The position numbers and the translations under genes were made by a program. DNA of 64,000 nt from Myxococcales bacterium (lineage in GTDB: Bacteria; Myxococcota_A; Polyangia; Haliangiales; SHYZ01), in NCBI GenBank assembly GCA_009692535.1, contig SHYZ01000002.1, positions 8,444-72,443 on the forward strand. The letters run 5' to 3'. How positions within the stretch are numbered: the first letter of the stretch is position 1; each line of letters opens with the position of its first letter. Positions 46,854 through 55,102 of the stretch are shown piece after piece. Under the pieces are notes generated by a model, which was not told the origin of the DNA, did no database searches, and saw nothing but the letters and a program-made list of their open reading frames with translations.

Positions 46854-49076
46854 TTACCGCGCGGGCAGCAGCCAGCGGTCGAGCCACTCGATCACCGTCT
46901 CGTGCCAGTGGATCGAGTTCTTCGGCTTCAGGATCCAGTGGTTTTCGTCGGGGAACCAGAGCAGCTTGCTCGGGATGCCGCGGCGTTGCAGCGCGGTGAA
47001 CGCGGCGAGACCCTCGGCATCGATCAGCCGGAAGTCATTCGCGCCGTGGATCACCAACTCGGGCGTCTTCCAGTCGGCGACGTACCGGCTTGGCGAGAAC
47101 TTCTCGAACAGCTCCGGCTTCTCCCATGGCACGCCCTGGTACTCCCACTCCGGGAACCAAAGCTCCTCGGTCGTGAAGTAATTGGCCGCCTCGTCGAAAC
47201 CGCCGTCATGGCAGATCAACGTCTTGAATCGGTCGGTGTGGCCGTTGATCCAATTGATCATCCAGCCGCCGTAGCTCGCGCCGAGCGCGCCGACCCGCTC
47301 GCCATCCATCCACGGGAACGCTGCCAACCCCGCATCGAGCCCCTTCATCAGGTCCTCGAACGGCTTGCCGCCCCAATCCCCCGAGATCGAATCGGTGAAC
47401 GCCTGCCCGAATCCGGTCGAGCCGTGGAAGTTGACCGTCATCACCGCGTAGCCCGCGCCGGTGAAGGCGTTCAGGTTCCAGCGGTAGTGGAAGTGGTCGC
47501 CGATCGCGCCCTGCGGCCCGCCGTGGATCACGAACGCGACCGGGTAGCGCTTGCCCTCCTCGAACCCGACCGGCTTCGCCACCCACGCGTGCACCTTCGC
47601 GCCCTCGGCGCCCTCGAACCAGAAGTCCTCCGGCTGGCTCATCTCGATCCGATCGATCCGCGCGTCGTTCGCCCGCGTCAGCCGCAGCCGATTCGCCCCG
47701 TCGACGTCGCACCGGAACAGCTCGGCCGGCGACGTGAAGCTGTCCATCGCGTAGGTCAGCCGCACCGGCTCGTTCCCGTTTGCCGGGATCAGCGCGACAC
47801 CGTCGTTCCAGTGCTCGGTCACGAGCGGACGCACTCCACCGCTCGCGACATCGACGGCGAAGATCCGCAGTCGCGCCTCCTCCTCGGCGGTCACGATCAG
47901 CGTCTTTCCATCCGGCATCCACAGCGCCGAGCCGACCGAGCGATCCCAGTCCGCCGCGACCGTCCGCACCGCGCCGCTCGCGCGATCGAGCAGATGGATC
48001 ACCTGTCGATCGGCCTCGAAGCCGGGCCGCGCCATCGACAGCCACAGCAGCGTTGAGCCGTCGGGCGAGTAGGCCGGCGACTTGTCGCTGCCGCGGTACG
48101 CGTCGGTCACGCACTTCGCCTCGCCACCGGCCACCGGCACGGTGTGAACGTCGAGGTCGGTGGTCCACGCCCGGTCGGCGCCGGCGTGCACCACGTAGGC
48201 GAGCTCGTTGCCATCGGGCGAGAAGACGAAATCCTCGCTGCCGCCGAACGGCTTGGTCGGGCAGTCAGCGTCGAGCTCCTTCATCAGGTCGACCGCGGCG
48301 CCCGTCGCCGTCGCATTCCCATCCGCATCCCACGCCAGCGGCAGCACGAAGACGTGGTTGCGCTTGCCGTCCTCCCACGTGTCCCAGTGGCGGACCATCA
48401 GCTTCTCGTAGCTCTTCGCCTTCACCGGGTTCTTGGCCGCCTCGCCATCGCGCTTCGCCGTCTCTTCCGGCGTCGTGCCGGGATAGACCTCGGCGCTGAA
48501 CGCGAGGTGGGCACCGGTCGGCGACAGCCGCAGGTTGTCAGCCTCGACCGCGAACTCGGCGAACTTGCGCGGCTCGCCGCCGTCGAGGCGCATTGACCAG
48601 ACCTTGCCGCCGCCATCGCGCGAGGAGCAGAACAAGAGCGACTTCGAGTCGGGCGCCCACACCGGGGAGAAATCCGCTACGCCCTTCGCCGTCGTGAGGC
48701 GCTTGGTCCCGCTGCCGTCGGCGTTCACCACCCAGAGGCTCGTGGTCTTCTGGTTCGCGTCGGCATCCCAGGTCTGGCGCGTGTGCAGCAGCCACTGGCC
48801 GTCAGGCGACGGGATCGGCGCGCCGACCCGCTCGAGCCGCACCATGTCGTGCACGGTGAGCGCGTGCTTCCGATCGAGACTCGGCGCGGGCCGGATTGCG
48901 ACCGGTGGCCGCCCGCTCCCGACAGCGGTCGCGTCTGCATCTGTCGAATGCGCCCCAGCATGCACCTCGCCGCCGCTCGATGGCTTCGTCGGCTCGCTCG
49001 AGCAGCCGGCGAAGCTGCCGACCAGCACGACCGCGAACCCGGTGATGGAACGGCGATTCGATGAGCGCTTCTGCAT
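46854..49076 (-). CDS. S9 family serine peptidase (prolyl oligopeptidase / acylaminoacyl peptidase type), lipoprotein
   Basis: ATG follows GAAGGAAG. Lipobox VGSFAGC. N-terminal beta-propeller half. C-terminal GALGASYGGW (GxSxGG), HGANDFR and ENHW. Confidence 0.85.
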   Translation of the reverse strand: MQKRSSNRRSITGFAVVLVGSFAGCSSEPTKPSSGGEVHAGAHSTDADATAVGSGRPPVAIRPAPSLDRKHALTVHDMVRLERVGAPIPSPDGQWLLHTRQTWDADANQKTTSLWVVNADGSGTKRLTTAKGVADFSPVWAPDSKSLLFCSSRDGGGKVWSMRLDGGEPRKFAEFAVEADNLRLSPTGAHLAFSAEVYPGTTPEETAKRDGEAAKNPVKAKSYEKLMVRHWDTWEDGKRNHVFVLPLAWDADGNATATGAAVDLMKELDADCPTKPFGGSEDFVFSPDGNELAYVVHAGADRAWTTDLDVHTVPVAGGEAKCVTDAYRGSDKSPAYSPDGSTLLWLSMARPGFEADRQVIHLLDRASGAVRTVAADWDRSVGSALWMPDGKTLIVTAEEEARLRIFAVDVASGGVRPLVTEHWNDGVALIPANGNEPVRLTYAMDSFTSPAELFRCDVDGANRLRLTRANDARIDRIEMSQPEDFWFEGAEGAKVHAWVAKPVGFEEGKRYPVAFVIHGGPQGAIGDHFHYRWNLNAFTGAGYAVMTVNFHGSTGFGQAFTDSISGDWGGKPFEDLMKGLDAGLAAFPWMDGERVGALGASYGGWMINWINGHTDRFKTLICHDGGFDEAANYFTTEELWFPEWEYQGVPWEKPELFEKFSPSRYVADWKTPELVIHGANDFRLIDAEGLAAFTALQRRGIPSKLLWFPDENHWILKPKNSIHWHETVIEWLDRWLLPAR

Positions 49077-49157
49077 GGCCCGAGCTTCCTTCTTCGACGA
49101 TGAGCGGCTCCGTCGGCAGACGGCGCGCGCCGCGAAAGTCCGATCAGTCTGCCGAAT

Positions 49158-50144
49158 TCAGCGCGCGAGCGGCTCCGCTCGATACGTCCAGGTCAGGTTG
49201 CCCGTTCCCGCGACTTCGATCGGACTGCCCGAATGCTCCGCCGCGCCCTCGCATCGGACCGGCCCCGACAGCGCGGCGCGGAGCAGCCGGCCATCCAGCA
49301 GTCCGACGACGAGCTCGCCGGTGAGGACGAACGTCGTGCGCACTGCGGGGACCTCCTTGTCGGCTTCGTTCGGCGCCAGCTCGGCCTGGACCTCCGCGTC
49401 CAGCACGACGGCGTCGCGTTCGCCTTCGCGTCGCGCCGACTGCGGCGTCAACCGGAACGACGTGAGGGTCGCGCCGCGCAATGGGTCGGCGAGCAGTTGC
49501 GCGCCGAGATCGAGCGGAAGGTCGAACGGCTGACGGGCCACCAGCGGCGCGAGCGCCAGTCGCTCGGACAACCACCCGCCACGAAGGGTCTCGCGCGCAT
49601 CCTGCTCGACACGGCGGCGAAGATCCGCGCTCACGGCCCGCGGCGGCTCGAACACGACGCGCGGCGCGTTCGCGTCACTCACCGGCTCCTCGAGCAGAAG
49701 CACTTTGGAGTCGTTCGCGCTGCCGGTCACCGTGAAGCGGCGGCGGTCGTAGGCGCTCGCGCCCTGCTGCTCGCTCGCGAGCGTGGTCACGCGCGCGGCG
49801 CAGACGCCGTAGTCGACGGTCGCAGTCAGGAGGCCGCCGTCGTCCGCCACGAGTTCGGTCTGCCACACCGCTTCGTCGCGGACGGCCTGCTCAATTTCGC
49901 GCAGCGGCGAGCCGGCAACGCGGATCTGCGCCGACAAGCGCTGCTCAACCGTCGAGGCTAGGCGCCACCGCTCACCGGCGATCGGCGCCGCGGCGTGGAC
50001 GCGCCACTCCGCGGGGTTCGCGGAAACCGCGTCGGCAGCGGCGACGGTCGGTGGGGGTGGATTGGATTGTGCGGGTGGTGTCAGCAGCGCGGCCAGCGCC
50101 ATGCCGAGCACGCCGCCTGCTCCCACCCCGAAAGCTCCGACCAT
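49158..50144 (-). CDS. Hypothetical membrane-anchored protein
   Basis: ATG 50144 follows GGGAGAG. N-terminal hydrophobic MVGAFGVGAGGVLGMALAALL. No recognisable domain. Same strand as, and downstream of, the large repeat protein. Confidence 0.45.
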   Translation of the reverse strand: MVGAFGVGAGGVLGMALAALLTPPAQSNPPPPTVAAADAVSANPAEWRVHAAAPIAGERWRLASTVEQRLSAQIRVAGSPLREIEQAVRDEAVWQTELVADDGGLLTATVDYGVCAARVTTLASEQQGASAYDRRRFTVTGSANDSKVLLLEEPVSDANAPRVVFEPPRAVSADLRRRVEQDARETLRGGWLSERLALAPLVARQPFDLPLDLGAQLLADPLRGATLTSFRLTPQSARREGERDAVVLDAEVQAELAPNEADKEVPAVRTTFVLTGELVVGLLDGRLLRAALSGPVRCEGAAEHSGSPIEVAGTGNLTWTYRAEPLAR

Positions 50145-50276
50145 TCCGCTCTCCCGGCTCGAGCGCCGGCGCCGACGGATCGCGTCAGCGCGGCAGTTTG
50201 CGCGGGCAGCCAGTATCGCACGCTGCCCACGCTCCGGCACGCGCCGCCGCCGCGGCGTTCACCGCGATTGCGCCGC

Positions 50277-53200
50277 TCACATGTCGATGGTCGTCTCGGC
50301 CGTGAGTCCCGCCTCGCAAGCGATGCTGGTCGACGGCGCGTCGCTCGCGCCACCGCCGCCCCGACCGCGGCCGAAGTCGATGTCGCGCAACGAGACGTTC
50401 CAAGTACCCGGCTTCAGGCTCTCGAAGGTCGCAACGCCCTCGGCGTCGGTCATCTCGAATCCGCCGCCTTCGTTCTCGGTGCTCAGCTGCACGCCGGTGC
50501 CTTCCACCGGCTGGCCGGTCGCCTTGTTGCGCACGTGCACCTTGAGGCGCGCCGCCGGCGGCATTTCGAGCTTCACATCGGAGACGCGCGCGTTCATCGC
50601 GAGCGCGACCGGTTCGCTGCTCGCCGTGAGGTGGCCGCTGTGAGTCACCCGGACCCGGTACTTGCCCGCCGGCACCCACGGCACGCTGAAGCTGCCGTCG
50701 CGCGCGGTCATGACGCGCGTGCCGGGGTCGTCGCCACCGCCGAATCGCATCGTCCGGCCGCGGCCGCGGCCGCCGAGACTGATCGCAAACTCCATCCGCA
50801 CGCCGAGCGCGCCGCCGGCGCTCCCGCCGTCTTCTTCGCGCACGACTTCGAGCTGCACCACCGCGCCCTCGATCCCGTTCTTGGTTCCGGCGCCGACGAC
50901 TTGGCCTTCGATGACGCCGCCTTCGAGCGCAAAGTCCTGACGCGAAGATTCGCCCGCTGCCACGGTCACGGTGGCCGTCGTCGGAACCAATCCTTGCGGG
51001 TGGCGCGCCGAGACGCGAAGCGTGCCAGGATCGAGGTCGGTCAGCCGATAACGCCCGTCCGCGCCGGTCGTCGCTTCCTTGCGCTGCCCGCCGAACAGCC
51101 CCGGGAAGCCGCGTCCGCCACCGCCGTCGGGAGAGGCCGACACCGTCGCACCGGCGACCGGGCCGTCCGCGCAGGTCACGATCCCCTCAAGGATCGGCTT
51201 CTCCATCTGGGAGAAGTCGACTTGCGTCGTCTGCCCTTCCTCGACGAGGACCGTCTTGCCCTCTTCCGGCTGCCCGCCGCCGCCAGCCATCACGAATACG
51301 AAGTCGCCGGCACCACCGCCGCCAGTCTCCTGTTCCTCGCGAGTCGCGACCGCCTCACCGGCGGGAACGTGATCCACGCGGTAGTAGCCGTTGGCGTCGC
51401 TCACCGCAGAGAGATGCACACTCTCGATCGACTTGCTCTGCACGTTCACGCGGTCGCCGGCGCGCGGCGCGCCATCGATACCGACGATCGTGCCCTCGAG
51501 CGTGCCGCCGCGCGGCAGCCGGAAATCGACGTCCTTGCGCTGTTCTCCGGCGGTCACGTCGGCGACGGTCGCGACCAACATCGCGAAGTCGGGATGGGTG
51601 ATCTCGACCTCGAGCGTGCCCACGCCGAGGTGTTCGATCTTGTAGCGGCCATCCGCGTCGGTCGTCGTTCGCCCGAGCGTTCGACGGCCGTCGAAGTTCA
51701 TGCGCGGCATGCGGAGGGCGCGGCCGCCGCCGAGGCGGATCCCGGTGGAGGTCAGCGCGACGGCGTTGCCGTCGTCTTGCTGCGGCGGGCGCGGTTCGGC
51801 TGCGCGCAACGCCGCGTTCGTGACCGGTGCGCCACTCGGATCGAGGACGCGGCCGGAGACCAGCGCGCCGCGTTCGACTTCGACCACCAGGTTCTCGACG
51901 CTCTTGCCGTCCTCGATCTTGATCGGCTCCGAGGTGCCGCGCGTGGTGCCCGCGCCGCGCGCGATCACCCGGTAGTCGCCCGGCTCGACGCCTTCGACGC
52001 GGAACAAGCCGGCGTCGGTCGACTTGTTCTCCAGATCTTCGGTGTCGAGCAGGGGCATGTTGATGTTGTTGTCGCCCCAGTGCGGGACGAGCTGCACCTT
52101 GATGTCGCTCGGCGCCTCCGACGTGCCCTTCAACTGCACACGCCCGGCCACGAACAGCGTCTCTCCGAGCGTGATGTCGAGCGTGCTGGTCTGCGCCGGA
52201 TCGATGTTCGGCGTCTCCTTGCGCGCGAAGCCGGTCGCCGTCGCCGTGATGCTGATCGCCCCGGCCTTGAGGCCGGAGATCTCGTACCGACCGTCATCGT
52301 CCGTCACGTAGTCCGGAGTGCCGGTGCTGCGCATGAGCCGTTGCCAGTCGCTGGGGTCGGCAGCGGTCAGTTCCGCGCCCGCGACCGGCTTGCCGCCCGC
52401 GTCCTTCACCGTGCCCTTCAGTGTGAAACCGCGTTCGAGGTGGAGCACGACCTCGCCGGCCGTCTGCTGGACGATGACTTCGATCGGCGCCGAGACGCTG
52501 GTCACGAGGCCGTCCGCGCTTGCTTCGACGACCGCCTTGCCGACCGGCATGCCGGTGAGGCGGAAGCGCCCTTCCTCGTCGGTCGTCGCATGGCGCTCGC
52601 CGCGCGCGCCGAAGTTGAAGCTGAAGAAGTTGCGCCCGGGCTCCTCGTTGGGCGGATCGCTGAGGATCACGTCAGCGCCCGAAAGCTTCGCGCCACCCGG
52701 CCCATAGACGAAGCCGGTCACAGCCCCGCCCGCCTCGAGCTTCAAGTGCCCGACGTCGAGGCCGCTGGCCGGCAAGACGAGGTCGTTGCGCACCAGCAGG
52801 ACGTAGTCGGGATGGTCGACGCGCAGCTCGATGCCTTCCGTGCGCGCCGGCTTCGCGAGGTGGAAGCTGCCGTCAAGACCGGTCTTCGCCGTGACGTTTT
52901 GCACTTCGGTGGGGGCGTTGGTGGGGTTGATGAAACTGATGCCGCTGCGTCCGCGCCCGCGGCCGCCACGTCCGCCACGACCACCTGGACCGCCCCGTCC
53001 GCGCGCGAACGCCGGCAACGTCGAGCCACCGTAGCTGACGTTCGCGCCCGCGACCGGCTGCCCCTGCGCGTCGACGACGATGCCGATCAGGTGATCGGCG
53101 GTCGGGATCGGGGCGCTCGTCGCGGCAGTTGCAGTTTCCGGCGTTGTCGCCTTCGGGTCGGCGGCGCGCTCTGCTGCGAGCCCGCCGTCGGTGTGGGGAT

Positions 53201-53375
53201 CGACATCGGCTGGAGCGGCGAGGGCGTCGACGCGCGCACCACCTTCGGCCGCCGTCTTGCCACCCGCGACGAGCGTCGGCTTGTCGTTGCCGCCGCTCAT
53301 GATCCAGAAGCCGATGCTGGCGGCCGCCGCCAGCACGATCGCGAGGAGCACGAGACCCTTGCCGGCGTTTCGCAT
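50277..53375 (-). CDS. Large membrane-anchored carboxypeptidase-regulatory-like (CarboxypepD_reg) multi-repeat protein
   Basis: TM GLVLLAIVLAAAASIGFWIM. Many repeats of the type G.V.D..G.PVAGA.V......TD..GR..L..L..G, for example GRVLDPSGAPVTNAAL and TDADGRYKIEHLGVGTLEVE. Alternative GTG start at 53378. Confidence 0.75.
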   Translation of the reverse strand: MRNAGKGLVLLAIVLAAAASIGFWIMSGGNDKPTLVAGGKTAAEGGARVDALAAPADVDPHTDGGLAAERAADPKATTPETATAATSAPIPTADHLIGIVVDAQGQPVAGANVSYGGSTLPAFARGRGGPGGRGGRGGRGRGRSGISFINPTNAPTEVQNVTAKTGLDGSFHLAKPARTEGIELRVDHPDYVLLVRNDLVLPASGLDVGHLKLEAGGAVTGFVYGPGGAKLSGADVILSDPPNEEPGRNFFSFNFGARGERHATTDEEGRFRLTGMPVGKAVVEASADGLVTSVSAPIEVIVQQTAGEVVLHLERGFTLKGTVKDAGGKPVAGAELTAADPSDWQRLMRSTGTPDYVTDDDGRYEISGLKAGAISITATATGFARKETPNIDPAQTSTLDITLGETLFVAGRVQLKGTSEAPSDIKVQLVPHWGDNNINMPLLDTEDLENKSTDAGLFRVEGVEPGDYRVIARGAGTTRGTSEPIKIEDGKSVENLVVEVERGALVSGRVLDPSGAPVTNAALRAAEPRPPQQDDGNAVALTSTGIRLGGGRALRMPRMNFDGRRTLGRTTTDADGRYKIEHLGVGTLEVEITHPDFAMLVATVADVTAGEQRKDVDFRLPRGGTLEGTIVGIDGAPRAGDRVNVQSKSIESVHLSAVSDANGYYRVDHVPAGEAVATREEQETGGGGAGDFVFVMAGGGGQPEEGKTVLVEEGQTTQVDFSQMEKPILEGIVTCADGPVAGATVSASPDGGGGRGFPGLFGGQRKEATTGADGRYRLTDLDPGTLRVSARHPQGLVPTTATVTVAAGESSRQDFALEGGVIEGQVVGAGTKNGIEGAVVQLEVVREEDGGSAGGALGVRMEFAISLGGRGRGRTMRFGGGDDPGTRVMTARDGSFSVPWVPAGKYRVRVTHSGHLTASSEPVALAMNARVSDVKLEMPPAARLKVHVRNKATGQPVEGTGVQLSTENEGGGFEMTDAEGVATFESLKPGTWNVSLRDIDFGRGRGGGGASDAPSTSIACEAGLTAETTIDM

Positions 53376-53511
53376 CACGGCTTTCCTTCGTCAGTACAGT
53401 TGTTGCTTCAGATGTTGCGTCGGAGTTGTGGGCGTCGTTGCCGACGCGGGCAGGGGGCGCACGATACGCCGGCGTTTTGCGCAACGTTGGCGCGAAAGCC
53501 TGAGGAGTGTC

Positions 53512-54252
53512 ATGGAATCGTCATCCGACCGCTTCCCGCTGACGCGCCAATCGGTGCTGCACGCGGTGCGGTGCGCCGATGCGACGGAGCGACAGCGCGG
53601 GTGGGCGCGGTTGGTCGAGGCCTACTGGTAAGCCGGTCTACAAGTACCTCCGGTTGCAATGGCGCGTGGATGCGGAGCAGGCGCGCGACTGGACGCAGGA
53701 GTTCTTCGCGCGCGCACTCGAGAAGGAGTTCTTCGAGCGGTTCGATCCGGCGCGCGCCCGCTTCCGCACGTTCCTGTGCGTTTGCATCGACGGCTTCTTC
53801 GGCAAGGAGCGGCAGGCGGCGGCACGACTGAAGCGCGGCGGTGGCATTGCGCCCTTGTCGCTCGATTTCGGGTCGGCGGAGGGCGAGTTCAAGGGCCTCG
53901 AGCCGCCCGCGCCCGATCGCATGGAGGACTACTTCCACCGCGAGTGGATGAAGTCGCTGTTCGAATCGGCATTGGCGCAACTGCAAACGATCTGCGCCGC
54001 GGAGGGACAAGGAGACGTTCTACGAACTCTTGCGCCGCCACGACCTCGACGCGGCGTCGCGGACGGAGCGGCTGTCGTACGCCGATCTCGGCTAAGGAAC
54101 TCGGGATGCCGGTCACGCAGGTCACGAATGGGCTGCATTGGGCGCGCACGCGGCTGCGCGCCTGCGTGCTCGAACGGCTGCGCGAGCTCACCGTCGACGA
54201 CGACGAGTTTTGCGCCGAGGCCAGGGCGCTTCTTGGCGTCGATTCCAAGTGA
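53512..54252 (+). pseudogene. ECF-type sigma-70 family factor disrupted by three single-nucleotide insertions
   Basis: ATG follows GAGGAG. Sensible sequence jumps frames 1>2>0>1: ...RLVEAYW|KPVYKYLRLQW..DWTQEFFARALE..KRGGG...ICAAE|KETFYELLRRHDL..SYADLG|KELGMPVTQVTNGLHWARTRLR. The last segment is the region-4 HTH. Confidence 0.7.
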
Positions 54253-55041
54253 GCGAGCCGCCACGCGTGCTGCCGCTCTCCGATGCCGCGCTGGCGCGAT
54301 TGCGCGTCGTGCTCGACGAACCCGACCTGTCGGCCACGCGCTACGAACTCGGCAATGCGCTCGGCGGCGGCGGCGGTCGCGGCCCGCCTGCGGGCTGAAG
54401 CGCGGGTGCTCGCGATGCTCGAACATCCCGGCATCGTGCCGGTGCATGACGTCGGCACGCTGCCGGACGGGAGATTGTGGTACGCGATGAAGCAGGTGCG
54501 CGGCGCGCGTCTCGATCAACTCCTCGTGCATGGCATCGCGAACCCGGAGAAGTTCCGCGTCTTCGAGCGCATCGGCGAGGCGGTCGTGTTCGCCCATTCG
54601 CGCGGCGTGCTCCACCGCGACTTGAAGCCGCAGAACGTGATGGTGGGGGAGTTCGGCGAGGTGCTGGTGCTCGACTGGGGGCTGGCGGTGGCGGCGGGCA
54701 AACCGAGCGGCGCGAACGAGGTCGCCGGTACGCCGGGCTTCATGGCCCCCGAGCAGGCGACGGGTGGGCCGATCGACGCGCGCGCCGATGTCTTTTCGCT
54801 CGGACGGATCATCGCGGCCAAGGCCAGCGCCCTCGATCCGGCCGCCCGCTACGCGAGCGCCGCCGATCTCGCCGCCGACGTCGCGCGTTGGCACGCCGGT
54901 GCCGCGGTCGCGGCGCTGCCGGAGCGCTGGCCGCAGAAGCTCGCGCGCCATTACCGCAGCTACCGTGCGGCGTATTGGTTGATCGGCACGTATGTGGTCT
55001 TGCGGGTCGCGTTCGAGTTGTGGCGGTCGCGCTTCACCTGA
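54249..55041 (+). pseudogene. Ser/Thr protein kinase remnant (frame break and internal deletions; lacks VAIK lysine region)
   Basis: GTG 54249 overlaps the sigma stop (GTGA). RYELGNALGGGGG then frame change to AARLRAEARVLAMLEHPGIVPVHD. Motifs HRDLKPQNVMV, LDWGLA and GTPGFMAPEQ. DVFSLGRII is joined directly to KASALDPAARYASAADLAADV. C-terminal TM present. Confidence 0.65.
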
Positions 55042-55102
55042 ATCGGATAGTCGCGAACAGTGTCCGATCCGCGGCGTTTCGGTGAGCTGTGGAGTCGCGT
55101 CG

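Noticed and set aside
49995-53831. 1278-aa plus-strand ORF, the longest in the track
   Set aside because: It is the mirror frame of the CarboxypepD_reg repeat gene. The composition is low-complexity Arg/Ala/Asp and no domain signatures are present. The minus-strand frame carries clear repeat motifs and a TM start.
53629-54095. Programmed +1 ribosomal frameshifting (RF2-like) at the two T-AAG / TAA sites of the sigma gene
   Set aside because: The P-site codons UGG and GGC cannot re-pair in the +1 frame. No SD-like stimulator lies upstream. A third shift has a different context. The adjacent kinase is also damaged. A pseudogene or sequence error is the better explanation.
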